IMG/VR virus record: IMGVR_UViG_3300022925_000008
Coordinates: 32,001-96,000 of that record
Length of the DNA stretch: 64,000 bases
Strand: one strand, 5' to 3'
Source of the DNA: a virus
The notes beneath the pieces are model-generated. The model did no database searches. It was not told the DNA's origin and saw only the letters and a program-made list of their open reading frames with translations. Shown one piece after another: positions 44,426 through 53,869 of the stretch (the first letter of the stretch is position 1; each line of letters starts with the position of its first letter). A program made the translations under genes and the position numbers.

Positions 44426-44589
44426 TACGCCACCTCTGCAAAGAAGTCTTCGGGGGTATAGAACGTCCAAGTTCCGTCAATAAGATTAGACCAAGCGACC
44501 GCATCAAGATCAGAATTGGTTTTGTTACGCTCAATAACAAACTGGATTTTACCAGTAGCAACTTCAACAACATACAACTCATTAATCAT
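44425..44589 (-). CDS. Early hypothetical protein
   Basis: Start MINELY after AAGGA and early promoter. Confidence 0.55.
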   Translation of the reverse strand: MINELYVVEVATGKIQFVIERNKTNSDLDAVAWSNLIDGTWTFYTPEDFFAEVA

Positions 44590-44616
44590 TTTGGTTCCTT
44601 TTTTGTTTATAGAGTA

Positions 44617-44665
44617 ATTATACCGCATAAAGGGTAAAAAGAAAACCTCAGGTAAGTTATTGATT
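44617..44665 (-). promoter_or_regulatory. Early promoter with IHF-like site
   Basis: AATCAATAACTTA - 30 nt - TATAAT. Confidence 0.8.
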
Positions 44666-44788
44666 TTGCAGAAGTATTTGCCAAGCAGTTTCTACTTCTT
44701 GCACTGCCTCTTCATCAGAAGAAATGGAATCTTCACAATAAGAGGTTAGTGCTTGCCAGATTACCGTGGTTGCTTCGTTTATATCCAT
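44657..44788 (-). CDS. Small acidic protein (43 aa)
   Basis: Manual translation MDINEATTVIWQALTSYCED...; GGAGAGG RBS. Confidence 0.45.
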   Translation of the reverse strand: MDINEATTVIWQALTSYCEDSISSDEEAVQEVETAWQILLQNQ

Positions 44789-45135
44789 TACGCTACCTCT
44801 CCCAACCGATCGAACATAAACAGAAATTCATCCACGCTGCCTTGCCAGACTACCTTCCAATTGTCCATCGGGTAATCCTCAATATGACGAACAACAAGAG
44901 TTTTGCCAGTTACCTCATAGCGATACTCGGTGTCGCCGTGATTCTCAGCAGCACTGGTGAACTCGGCATTATCATTAGCGCGAAAGAATTTTGCCGCGAG
45001 AGGCATAGAACCCTTGAAGTTCACTGCCTTGCGGAAATACTTCGCAGCGCCGTTCAGATATCCATCATGATGGATGTAGAAAGTTTGACGACCGAATAGT
45101 TCGGAATCAAATTGGTAGGTTGCTCTAGTAGACAT
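44788..45135 (-). CDS. Early hypothetical protein
   Basis: MSTRA.....Y.HHDGY..G motif; AAGGAG RBS. Confidence 0.65.
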   Translation of the reverse strand: MSTRATYQFDSELFGRQTFYIHHDGYLNGAAKYFRKAVNFKGSMPLAAKFFRANDNAEFTSAAENHGDTEYRYEVTGKTLVVRHIEDYPMDNWKVVWQGSVDEFLFMFDRLGEVA

Positions 45136-45162
45136 AACGCTCTCCTTGGTTTCAATAGATAT

Positions 45163-45211
45163 ATTATACTAAAAATTGCCCCGAAGGGCAACTTATAGTA
45201 AGTTATTGAAT
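45163..45211 (-). promoter_or_regulatory. Early promoter with IHF-like site and embedded stem-loop
   Basis: ATTCAATAACTTA - 30 nt containing TTGCCC-TTCG-GGGCAA-TTTTT - TATAAT. Confidence 0.75.
45171..45191 (-). terminator. UUCG terminator hairpin inside promoter spacer
   Basis: TTGCCC-TTCG-GGGCAA-TTTTT. Confidence 0.7.
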
Positions 45212-45394
45212 TTAAACGTCTTTTTCGAAACCACCCGTACCCAATTCATAGAGCGGTTTAGAAAACTTATTTAAAAAACCTTCAGATTTTAAAACGCTAT
45301 AATCATCAGGGTGAACAGCGATATAAGTTTTTTCAGGGTAGGCATTTATAGCGCGTTCAACCCGCTCAATTATAGAAAGATCAGATTTAATCAT
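45212..45394 (-). CDS. Early hypothetical protein
   Basis: AAGGA RBS, follows early promoter. Confidence 0.6.
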   Translation of the reverse strand: MIKSDLSIIERVERAINAYPEKTYIAVHPDDYSVLKSEGFLNKFSKPLYELGTGGFEKDV

Positions 45395-45421
45395 TTTAAA
45401 TTTCCTTGTTTGTGAGTTGTT

Positions 45422-45469
45422 ATTATACCTCTTTTCTCTTACAAAGAAACTTCTACTAAGTTATTGATT
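45422..45469 (-). promoter_or_regulatory. Early promoter with IHF-like site
   Basis: AATCAATAACTTA - 29 nt - TATAAT. Confidence 0.8.
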
Positions 45470-45479
45470 TTAAAGGAGT

Positions 45480-45887
45480 TTAGTTACCGTCCCAGTTGAG
45501 ATCCTGTTGCTTGCCTACTGCTTCTTCTTGATCCGCAGTCGGTACACGAGAACCCTGTGAACGTCTCACGATGTCGTTGTGGTCGAACTCAGACCAATAC
45601 AACTCAAACGCAACACCGTCTTGGACACCCACAAACTGATGCCATACACCTGCAGGCACTGCCATGTATTCACCCGCGTTTAAAACTGTAGTGTCCACAA
45701 TCGCGCTATTCTCTGGCCATGTGCGAATCATCAACTTGCCCGACTCGACAAAGAACCCGTTCGACTTGGTGGTGTGATAGTGTTCAGAGCATTGAAAGTC
45801 CTTCTTGAACTCAATCCTGTGGAACTCTAATGAACCATTTGCTTCAATCTGCTGGGTCTTACCCCAGATTTTACCTGCTGATTTCAT
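45480..45887 (-). CDS. Cupin-fold protein (sugar isomerase/lyase-like)
   Basis: GKIWG, CSEHYH..K.NGFFV.SG, PAGVWHQF, FELYW. Confidence 0.75.
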   Translation of the reverse strand: MKSAGKIWGKTQQIEANGSLEFHRIEFKKDFQCSEHYHTTKSNGFFVESGKLMIRTWPENSAIVDTTVLNAGEYMAVPAGVWHQFVGVQDGVAFELYWSEFDHNDIVRRSQGSRVPTADQEEAVGKQQDLNWDGN

Positions 45888-46300
45888 AGGTCTGTTTCCT
45901 CTATCGTTATGCCACCATAGATGTAGCATTCATATTGGTCTTCATTAAAACTATTATTATCTAAGTACATCCAACCATCTTCACAATAACCTTCTTCAAC
46001 TTGTTCCTTTTCTTCTTCAGTCCACTCACCGAAAAACTTGAATTCTACGGAAACACCGTCATCCATGTAATTGGAAGCATAGTCCTCGAAACAAGTGATC
46101 TCTAATTCATCTTCATCGTCCAGAGCACTTTGAAGATAACTAACTTCGTCTTGATCCATCGGGGTGATGTGCCACTGACCACTGCGCCATGTGTCGATAA
46201 TCGTGAAACCTCGATCTCCCTTGAGCATGACCTGACGTTCTTCCACTGACTTCTTATACCGATTCATTACGGTATAAGTGATACCTTCAAGAACCTGCAT
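45884..46300 (-). CDS. Acidic hypothetical protein
   Basis: ORF in operon. Confidence 0.6.
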   Translation of the reverse strand: MQVLEGITYTVMNRYKKSVEERQVMLKGDRGFTIIDTWRSGQWHITPMDQDEVSYLQSALDDEDELEITCFEDYASNYMDDGVSVEFKFFGEWTEEEKEQVEEGYCEDGWMYLDNNSFNEDQYECYIYGGITIEETDL

Positions 46301-46628
46301 AATCCGCTTCCTTCACAAAAATACCATCAATCATCTTACCCTTGCGATCTTTGATGTCAGTCCATGCTGCTTCGAGACAATCTGTAATGTGCCAATCGTT
46401 TCGCTCCATGATGTTGATCAACACCACCATGATATCACCGATGTCGTCTTTCAGGTCTTTACCCTTACAGATGTTGTCTGACAATTCACCGACCTCTTGG
46501 ATCAATTTCAAACACTGGTCTTTGTCAGTGCTACCTTCAATCAAGTTACGGTCACGATGCCACGTTTCAATACGTGCGATCATTACATCTGTAATACCTC
46601 GTGACTCGCCATTCCACTTATCGTTCAT
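46287..46628 (-). CDS. mazG: MazG-like NTP pyrophosphohydrolase
   Basis: W..DR, KLIQEVGEL, DDIGDIMVVL, CL..AW.DIKDRKG. Confidence 0.85.
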   Translation of the reverse strand: MNDKWNGESRGITDVMIARIETWHRDRNLIEGSTDKDQCLKLIQEVGELSDNICKGKDLKDDIGDIMVVLINIMERNDWHITDCLEAAWTDIKDRKGKMIDGIFVKEADYAGS

Positions 46629-46849
46629 AATAATTTCTCCAATTCATGAAAACCACCGATTGGGGTGCCATCAATTTTGATTTGAGGAAAGGTTTTTGCT
46701 CCTACAAACTCAGCAAGGATTTCTTCTTTAGTAAAATCTTCGCCATACTGTTTGTAGGTATAGTCTAATCCACGACTGTCACAAATTTCTTTAGCACGAT
46801 TACAAAAAATGCAATCAGGTTTACCCCAAATTTCAATATCCATAACCAA
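46625..46849 (-). CDS. Glutaredoxin
   Basis: CIFC, TFPQI, IGGF. Confidence 0.92.
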   Translation of the reverse strand: MVMDIEIWGKPDCIFCNRAKEICDSRGLDYTYKQYGEDFTKEEILAEFVGAKTFPQIKIDGTPIGGFHELEKLL

Positions 46850-47033
46850 TCTCTAAATGATTTTTTTTATATATAATATCAACTTAACACGGTAGAATAA
46901 TGTCTCTTCTTCAAACAATGGTACTAGAAAAGTACCAACCCATCTCAGGAAAAACATATTACCTTTATCGTTCTTTCAGCGGTAAACTTTTTGTCAGTGA
47001 CGATATTTTAACTACAGGTGAAAAAATTGGTAG

Positions 47034-47291
47034 TTACGTTTGGGTTTCGGGATAACCCTCGTACCATCTGATTACCGTGTCAACGCGAAAAGAACGCCAA
47101 GCAGTTTTATCTAAGCACCATACTACAAGGTGTTCGGACTCGTTTTCTCTTTGCTCTAGAATTTCTGGCACGTTATGTTCTGATAACTCTGTGTTTAACG
47201 TGCATGGCATAATTCTCAGACCACCGTCATTGATCTTGTTAAACTCAACAGTAACCACACCTTTTTTTGCTGCTTCGATAAATCCTTTCAT
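47034..47291 (-). CDS. Sm-like/SH3 (WYL_2, DUF2693-like) protein
   Basis: V.V.F.K..DG..R.M.CTL ... VW.LDK.AWRSFR.D. Confidence 0.75.
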   Translation of the reverse strand: MKGFIEAAKKGVVTVEFNKINDGGLRIMPCTLNTELSEHNVPEILEQRENESEHLVVWCLDKTAWRSFRVDTVIRWYEGYPETQT

Positions 47292-47417
47292 ATCCGCTTA
47301 ACCTTATAAAAGTTAATGTGATCATCCCATCGATTGAACTTTTGTCTAATCGCACAAAAGAATAATCCGTTGTAGGGGGGTTTGGTGGTGTCTCTCTCGG
47401 GAAACAATTCGGCTTGT

Positions 47418-47639
47418 CTATACATTTTTACTCCTTTTATCAAAATAAATTCTTATAAAATATTTTCTAGCAACTGCTAATGCAAATAATATCGAAGTCA
47501 TGAAAATCGTCATCGATAGTGCAGTCATTTCGATTGATAAACAAAACGCGATTAAAACATAATTCAGAGGAAAATTTACAAAGGTTCCCAAAACCGTGTC
47601 GCTCATCGATTCTTTAAAAGCAATTTTATTGAATTTCAT
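47418..47639 (-). CDS. Small two-TM membrane protein
   Basis: Hydrophobic helices, RKY..R..F. Confidence 0.65.
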   Translation of the reverse strand: MKFNKIAFKESMSDTVLGTFVNFPLNYVLIAFCLSIEMTALSMTIFMTSILFALAVARKYFIRIYFDKRSKNV

Positions 47640-48478
47640 AACGTGCGATAATTTGTTAATAACAATTCCTTTCTATTTCCTTCATCCTCTCTATAGTTTT
47701 TACCAGAATGCATCGTGTATGTTAAATCCCATTGCGTCTGAAACCAATCTTGATACAATTCGCGCAAAACTTCATTAGAGTTGTATGTGATCATTACATT
47801 GCCCATACAATCTTGTGCATGTTCATAAAAAAGATAATGATCAAAATCTGAATGATGTTTGCCTTTCTTACCATACAAGAAAGATTTAATATCGTAGGGG
47901 GGATCAGCAAAAATAAACTCATTTGAAGTACAATCAGCAAGTAGATCTGAGTAGTCGAGATTAGTTATTAACCAATTCTGAATCAACTCTGAATATTGAG
48001 GTAATCGTTCGATGTTAGGATAACCGAAGTTTGATTGAGAGGCAGACTTACTAAATCCTGAAGATTCAGTAAGACCCGAAAAAGAACACTTATTAATAAC
48101 AAAAAAGCAAACAGAAATCCGATGTAGATCGTCAGTATTAGCAATTTCTTCTCGACATGCAAGAAAAAGTTCTTTATGTGGTGTAATTTTATCTTCATAT
48201 GAATCTGCCTCTTTCTTTAATCTAAGTAGTTCATCATACATTGCTTTCGAGTTATTTTGCAACTCTTTCCAGAAGACGTATAGATTGTAATACTTGTCAT
48301 TCACCCAGACTGGTTTCTTGGGAAACCTCTTGGTGAATTCAATGGCAACCGAACCACCGCCAAGAAACGGTTCGCGAAAAGAACGAATTGTTTCTGGAAG
48401 ATTTTGATGCAAGAATAAGAACTTTGTGGCGCGAGACTTACCGCCTGGATAACGTAACGGTGTTTTTAATTTTTTCAT
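47636..48478 (-). CDS. dam: Dam-type (D12 class) DNA N6-adenine methyltransferase
   Basis: LRYPGGKS, EPFLGGGS, F.INKCSFSG, FADPPY. Confidence 0.93.
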   Translation of the reverse strand: MKKLKTPLRYPGGKSRATKFLFLHQNLPETIRSFREPFLGGGSVAIEFTKRFPKKPVWVNDKYYNLYVFWKELQNNSKAMYDELLRLKKEADSYEDKITPHKELFLACREEIANTDDLHRISVCFFVINKCSFSGLTESSGFSKSASQSNFGYPNIERLPQYSELIQNWLITNLDYSDLLADCTSNEFIFADPPYDIKSFLYGKKGKHHSDFDHYLFYEHAQDCMGNVMITYNSNEVLRELYQDWFQTQWDLTYTMHSGKNYREDEGNRKELLLTNYRTL

Positions 48479-48496
48479 GATATAAGTATACTTTAT

Positions 48497-48700
48497 TTAT
48501 TCATCAAAGTCAATGGTTTCGTCGTCAATGGTTAAAGTATACGTTATAGTGTCAATCGATTCCGAGAAATCATAATCATCATCACCGGACCAGTTACTTG
48601 ATTCTAGCATATGGATAAATTCGTCTATAAGAAAACGTTTTCTTTTAAGATGTTCTTCTCTTTTTTTACGAAACTCTTCTATGTAAACAACATCACCCAC
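48497..48700 (-). CDS. Acidic hypothetical protein
   Basis: GGAG RBS; ORF in operon. Confidence 0.55.
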   Translation of the reverse strand: MGDVVYIEEFRKKREEHLKRKRFLIDEFIHMLESSNWSGDDDYDFSESIDTITYTLTIDDETIDFDE

Positions 48701-48710
48701 AATAGTCTCC

Positions 48711-49133
48711 TTATGATAAGAACGTTGGTTCTAAAAGTTCTCGATTCTTCAGATGTTCTTCTTCAATGTCGTCTTTGCTTTGTCCGTGGTAAGCAACTGC
48801 TAAATGATTTTCAATCATTAACTCGTTAACACTACGCCAAGCGTCAGAGTGGGCATCATATACAATGAACTCGCCCAAGATGCGTCCAAATTTACCTTTG
48901 GCATCTTTATGGGTTCTCATGGTGCATTCTTTTCCGAGCATTGTTTTAAGATACTTTCCTGCTGCTTTGCCGTAAATCTTCTCCACTTTATCTCGTGTGC
49001 GAGACTCAGGAGTATCAATCCCGTAAAGGCGAACACGCTGATCAAGATACCATATTCCAAAACCAAGATCAATGTCAACATCGACAGTATCGCCATCAAC
49101 AACTTTTCGTATTTTGCATTTATATTCATGCAT
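48711..49133 (-). CDS. Thermonuclease (SNase-like)
   Basis: VVDGDT.D, RVRLYGIDTPE, K.GRILG, VNE.MI....A. Confidence 0.92.
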   Translation of the reverse strand: MHEYKCKIRKVVDGDTVDVDIDLGFGIWYLDQRVRLYGIDTPESRTRDKVEKIYGKAAGKYLKTMLGKECTMRTHKDAKGKFGRILGEFIVYDAHSDAWRSVNELMIENHLAVAYHGQSKDDIEEEHLKNRELLEPTFLS

Positions 49134-49168
49134 TATTATCACCTCCGTCAATTAAAATTTTATTTTTA

Positions 49169-49594
49169 TTACCCACTGAGAGAAACTCCTTTACCCATCT
49201 TGATCGCGTCCCATTGCTCCGGAGTGACATCATTTAATCGATGGTGCCCAGGAGTGTCTTGTCTATACTTACTATTATACTCAGGATATGGACCATATGC
49301 TGGGTCACGAACATCCGCATTCTCTTCATCGTGAATATACAACTGAATCAGAGTGTAATGCATAATTTTCATAAGGTCTTTTCTAGCATCATGAGCACTA
49401 CCCTTGTTGCCATACCGTTTGGCATACTTGATCACATTGCCCAAGCAAAATCCAGTACCATGCCCACTGTCAATAATAACATCCGTGGCTTGATACTTGT
49501 CGGTTGCGTAGTGTTGGTCGTATGTTTTGTCGACATATTCCTGCAACTCCTTGATAAGTCTATCTTCGTAGAATTTATAATTAACCTTTGTCAT
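49169..49594 (-). CDS. DUF3310-like protein
   Basis: QHY...QATD.I...GFCLGNVIKY..RY..K....DL.K..HY. Confidence 0.8.
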   Translation of the reverse strand: MTKVNYKFYEDRLIKELQEYVDKTYDQHYATDKYQATDVIIDSGHGTGFCLGNVIKYAKRYGNKGSAHDARKDLMKIMHYTLIQLYIHDEENADVRDPAYGPYPEYNSKYRQDTPGHHRLNDVTPEQWDAIKMGKGVSLSG

Positions 49595-50139
49595 AAAGTA
49601 ATCTCTATATGTCGAACAATACTGTTGGTATCTTCGGCGTTATTGTGGTTGTGGGTTTCAACATTTTCCCAAAGAAGAAAGTTCTTTGCAATATTGTTAT
49701 ATTTAGTTTTTCTTCCTTGAATAAATTTCTCGGATTGTACCGAACCTCTATCTTTATATCTCTGCTCGACATCTTCTGATTCTAGTATCATAACGTGCAA
49801 CTCGGTGTCAGGCAAATCGAGGCAGGTCTCTAGAAGAGATGCAGTGAACAGCCTATCACCTTCAAAGATAATTGATGCATCGGTTTTTGTAATAAATTCT
49901 ATCGCCTTGGGTTGAACTGCCATGCTCAATTTATCTGTTCCCTGAGCATAACCTTCTACGTCATACCAAGGGGCATACTTACCAAACACATAACAGTTTC
50001 TTGATTTTGAATAGACGCCATCTAACAATTCTACTGGTTTGGCGGGTTGCCAATCTAATGCAAGTTTATCTAATACATTTTTAACTAAGGTTGTTTTGCC
50101 AGTTCCTGGTATACCACCAATTGCAAATATATGTCTCAT
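49591..50139 (-). CDS. P-loop kinase of base-modification loci
   Basis: GGIPGTGKT Walker A, GKY....GTD.LSM.VQP, FEGDRL. Confidence 0.8.
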   Translation of the reverse strand: MRHIFAIGGIPGTGKTTLVKNVLDKLALDWQPAKPVELLDGVYSKSRNCYVFGKYAPWYDVEGYAQGTDKLSMAVQPKAIEFITKTDASIIFEGDRLFTASLLETCLDLPDTELHVMILESEDVEQRYKDRGSVQSEKFIQGRKTKYNNIAKNFLLWENVETHNHNNAEDTNSIVRHIEITL

Positions 50140-51476
50140 GAAAAAAACTCCTCAAGCGAAGAAGATTGTTTTTGCGGGTGGTACTTATTCAACATCTCTT
50201 CGCCACCATTCTTGCGTAAATACTCAAACCATTCAGGTTTGTCCCACATAGAAGGCGAAACACCATTCCACAATGGGCGGTGCATTGGATGAGTTTGATC
50301 TTTACTTCTGTCGGTAACAAATTGTCTACGAATTGATTCATATTCCCAACTACCCAATTCTAGCATTTTTTCTCGAAAATAGCAAACAAGAGAAATACGT
50401 TCCATATCTTCCAGTTTTTTCCCAGAGGGAGGAACCAGTTCTGTGTTACCGTGTATGCCATCGTGGTTATTGATCAGCAACAAATCGCCTGGACGTATGT
50501 TAATAGCGACCCGATATTCTGGCAGAACTAGGTATCCCCCCTCCCACTCCTTATCTTTCGCAATCACTGACAGGTTGGAGAATCCTGCGTGGAGATCACC
50601 AGCGTCACGGTGAGCAGAGGTGCGAAAGTTTTTGTTCACCGTAATTGTGGTGAACGGAGTATCCTCGCCAGCGACTCTGAACCTGGGGTCAAGTTTCGCT
50701 GCTGCTTCATTCTGTACACCATACCGTTCGGGCAAGAGTCGCTGAAACTCACTCGAGAGTTTGCGCATGAACGGATAACACTTCTCGTAAGTCTCACGAT
50801 GGTGTTCAGTATATGAAGTAGCGCGACCCCATGGGATGCGAGGATATCGATCAAAAAACCCAGCTATACCAGAGAGTACCTGATTAGCATAGGTTGTATT
50901 TGATACATAGTTATCAAAGAGATCTTTTGCTGCTTGGGGTTGTAGATGATTTGGTAAAGCAAGGATCTCTTTTAATTTTGTTTCGAAGAAAGTTTCGTAG
51001 TTATAACCATCCTTTTCTATTTTAGATTTAATCCAAACGATCCCTCTTGGATCTTTTGGCGTTTCATAAGATGCGTGTCTTTTTTTAATTTCTTCGATTG
51101 GGTCTTCTGTTCTTCCGAACAAAGTTGTCTGCTCTCCATTAACGAGATATTCCATAATCTCAATCTGGGACTCATCGCACCAATTACGCCCACCTTGCCT
51201 TTCGCCTTTTGGTCCAGCAGCAAGTCCACGGTTCTGTGTAGGTTGTGCTGCGTTAACAAGACCTTCGTAAGCACATTCTTGCTCTTCTGGAGTAAAACGA
51301 TTCTTACGAAACATAAAAATGCATTCTTTCTCAGAAGGTTCGGTGCGGCCAATTTCGGAGATGGGTGCATAAAAATCCATATCTTCTTCAACTAAAAGGT
51401 CATAATCAGATTCATCCATATACTTACCAAGTTTATCTTCGCAGTTATGTTTAAATTTGGAGATAATCGTTTTCAT
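50136..51476 (-). CDS. TET/JBP-family 2OG-Fe(II) dioxygenase
   Basis: FTTITVN.NF.T..HRDAGD (HxD), IHGNT (distal H), RISLVCY.RE. Confidence 0.85.
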   Translation of the reverse strand: MKTIISKFKHNCEDKLGKYMDESDYDLLVEEDMDFYAPISEIGRTEPSEKECIFMFRKNRFTPEEQECAYEGLVNAAQPTQNRGLAAGPKGERQGGRNWCDESQIEIMEYLVNGEQTTLFGRTEDPIEEIKKRHASYETPKDPRGIVWIKSKIEKDGYNYETFFETKLKEILALPNHLQPQAAKDLFDNYVSNTTYANQVLSGIAGFFDRYPRIPWGRATSYTEHHRETYEKCYPFMRKLSSEFQRLLPERYGVQNEAAAKLDPRFRVAGEDTPFTTITVNKNFRTSAHRDAGDLHAGFSNLSVIAKDKEWEGGYLVLPEYRVAINIRPGDLLLINNHDGIHGNTELVPPSGKKLEDMERISLVCYFREKMLELGSWEYESIRRQFVTDRSKDQTHPMHRPLWNGVSPSMWDKPEWFEYLRKNGGEEMLNKYHPQKQSSSLEEFFS

Positions 51477-52438
51477 ACCATAAATTCCTCTAGTCCGGTA
51501 GATACCTGTTCAAAGTTACCAGTATCTAAGTACCATTCCATTTTATACTTTTTTATTTCATTAGTCAACCATTGTTTTTCAATGGTCTCTTCTCTTGCTT
51601 GCCACAAAGGTTTCCAGTCAATGCCATCCCAACCGTCTTGTTCCACCTTCTTAATTTCCTCTGCTTGCCTGTCAAGGTAATACCCAAGGTAACGCCCACG
51701 ACTTTTACGAAACAACTTCTTAAAGGAGCAGAGGCACGTCTCCATTGCGAAAAAGTCTGCTTTCTCGGCGACGTGAGGATATTGTAGTTTAACCTCTTGA
51801 AGTATTTCTTTCGCTTCTGATTCTAGATATGCAACCTGTTCTTTGTCCAGCTTCTTATCCACCCATTCGTCTTTACCAATGGCATAACACATACCATTAC
51901 GATGAGAGCGAGAACCGCTATGATCGTGGAACCAAAGACTATCAACATCTATATTGATATCACAACATTGTTTCAGCGTTTGCATATAAAACCAAGAAGT
52001 ATATCTTCCAAACTTATGCCAAGAGTTTACTTCTTTCCAAAGTTTGTAGAAGTTATCCACTGGATTGTCGGTAAAGTCTTTGGTGAGTGCCTCGCGTTGA
52101 GTTCGTTCACCGACCCAATCTTTATAAGAAAGAAACTGGGCAGGTAAATGCCCCTTGTTCCATTTGGTGTCCGTCTGGTAACGCAATCGTTTGTAGTTCT
52201 CGTTATTCCAATTCTCAAGTCTTTCCACACCAACCAAATGCATATCAGGAAACTCGTTCCATATTATATATGCAGTCGGCCAGTAGTAAGTATTACCGTA
52301 TAACCAAGACAACCAGAGTCGTTGCTCTTTGTTATACTCGAATCGATCAAAGAAATAATTCGTCATATACAGAGACGAGTCGCAGTCTTCAATCTCAAGA
52401 CTGCGCCCGAACCACCGTATAAAAGTATCAGTTGACAT
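51473..52438 (-). CDS. Amino-acid:DNA transferase / aGPT-pyrophosphorylase-like protein
   Basis: WLYG.TY, KFGRY..W.Y...L, S.S.RNG, ETCLC.FKK; adjacent to kinase and dioxygenase. Confidence 0.7.
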   Translation of the reverse strand: MSTDTFIRWFGRSLEIEDCDSSLYMTNYFFDRFEYNKEQRLWLSWLYGNTYYWPTAYIIWNEFPDMHLVGVERLENWNNENYKRLRYQTDTKWNKGHLPAQFLSYKDWVGERTQREALTKDFTDNPVDNFYKLWKEVNSWHKFGRYTSWFYMQTLKQCCDINIDVDSLWFHDHSGSRSHRNGMCYAIGKDEWVDKKLDKEQVAYLESEAKEILQEVKLQYPHVAEKADFFAMETCLCSFKKLFRKSRGRYLGYYLDRQAEEIKKVEQDGWDGIDWKPLWQAREETIEKQWLTNEIKKYKMEWYLDTGNFEQVSTGLEEFMV

Positions 52439-53757
52439 TAAGACTCTGAACTAAACGGGAGAACTTCAATCGTAACGTCTAGTCCCCAGTATTTCAAGAA
52501 CTCTTCATTCTCGCGAATAAGATCATCCTCTCGAACCTTAACGATTTGCGACTTGCTTGTATAATGAATTATGATAGCACCTTTATTCCAACCAGTCTGT
52601 TTCATGTGTCTCATAATATAAGCACAAGCATGACCATAAGACAGTTTGTCAGCAGTAGCAGTAACACAAGCGATACCATGCTGTTCATAGTCTATGTATT
52701 TCTTCTTCGTAAGTTCACCATCTGTGTAGGTAATCAAATTGCCTTTGATTAATCGTTCGTTCGCTTCACGAGTTTTCATCGTAATAAACGACTTGAACGT
52801 TCCGTTGAATGCTACTTTGGTAGGAATAATTCCAGACGTCAAGAAATAATCAGTCAAAAGAACTTTAACATATTCCTTTGCTGATTCATTCGTAGGATCA
52901 AAGTTTGGGAGTTTCTCAGAAACAATGCGATCAAACTGCATTTTGAGGTCGTTCTGAGAGTTTTTTCCACGGAAGGTGTCGCTTTCTCGGTTAAGACCTG
53001 AACCAAGTAGTTCTTGCACAACTGGAAGATCACTAGGATCATTAGTTAGATCTGTCCACGGAACAAAGATGGTAGAAACTTCATTCCATCGTGCCCAATC
53101 AGCAGCAGTAAGTCTAGTATTGCCATCATTAACACAATGGCTACCGTCAGGCATAACAACTACGACGATCGGAGAAAACTTTTCCCTAGCACCTTCTGGG
53201 TTTTCGTTCATATAGTCTCTGATTTTAGTTGCAGTTGCTATATTCGTTAGCACAACTCTAACCTGTTTACGAGAATATGAAAGAACAGTATCTATAGGTG
53301 TCATCACAACAGGATAAAACCCTTCTTCAATGCATTTTATGACATTTTGTGTACGCGCAGATGTTTCTGAGATGGTAGGAGTAAAATCTTCAAAGTCATC
53401 TTCAGCAATAAAATTGATTACATTCTTCATGATATCCGGATCGACTCGCCCATCACCTTTATGTGCACTGTTAACTACATTGTAGAAGTTATCAGGACAT
53501 TCAGAGAGTCCATAGTCGAGTGCCATCCACTCAGCAGAAGTAGTCATAGAGACAGAAGGTCGTGCTAAGATAAAACGGTCAATATGACCAGCGCGATAAT
53601 CATCCCAAAACTCGTTATCATGACCTAAAGATGTTACGTAAGTTAGAGGTTCACCAGCAACTTTAGAACCAATTACCTTTTTACCATTTACTCGGTTCTT
53701 CAAACCATAGAGAATACCATAGTCTGTACCGAAAATTTTAGTTTGTTCAACGTTCAT
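52438..53757 (-). CDS. GIY-YIG-like N-terminus fused to ParB/Srx-like domain
   Basis: YGILYGLKNRVNGKKVIGSK...YVTS; PIVVV...VNDGNTRL.AA; own early promoter. Confidence 0.55.
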   Translation of the reverse strand: MNVEQTKIFGTDYGILYGLKNRVNGKKVIGSKVAGEPLTYVTSLGHDNEFWDDYRAGHIDRFILARPSVSMTTSAEWMALDYGLSECPDNFYNVVNSAHKGDGRVDPDIMKNVINFIAEDDFEDFTPTISETSARTQNVIKCIEEGFYPVVMTPIDTVLSYSRKQVRVVLTNIATATKIRDYMNENPEGAREKFSPIVVVVMPDGSHCVNDGNTRLTAADWARWNEVSTIFVPWTDLTNDPSDLPVVQELLGSGLNRESDTFRGKNSQNDLKMQFDRIVSEKLPNFDPTNESAKEYVKVLLTDYFLTSGIIPTKVAFNGTFKSFITMKTREANERLIKGNLITYTDGELTKKKYIDYEQHGIACVTATADKLSYGHACAYIMRHMKQTGWNKGAIIIHYTSKSQIVKVREDDLIRENEEFLKYWGLDVTIEVLPFSSES

Positions 53758-53820
53758 ATTTTTTTCCTTAATTAATAAAGTGATTTATTTTGACCCACCT
53801 CAATGGCGGATACGAAAAGA

Positions 53821-53869
53821 ATTATACTCTATTTTTTTAAGAAAGTAAAGTTTATGTAAGTAATTGATT
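53821..53869 (-). promoter_or_regulatory. Early promoter with IHF-like site
   Basis: AATCAATTACTTA - 30 nt - TATAAT, overlapping GNAT stop. Confidence 0.75.

Noticed and set aside
46850-47033. Possible plus-strand 45-aa ORF (MVLEKYQPISGK...) in intergenic gap
   Set aside because: No RBS or promoter support; opposite to all neighbours
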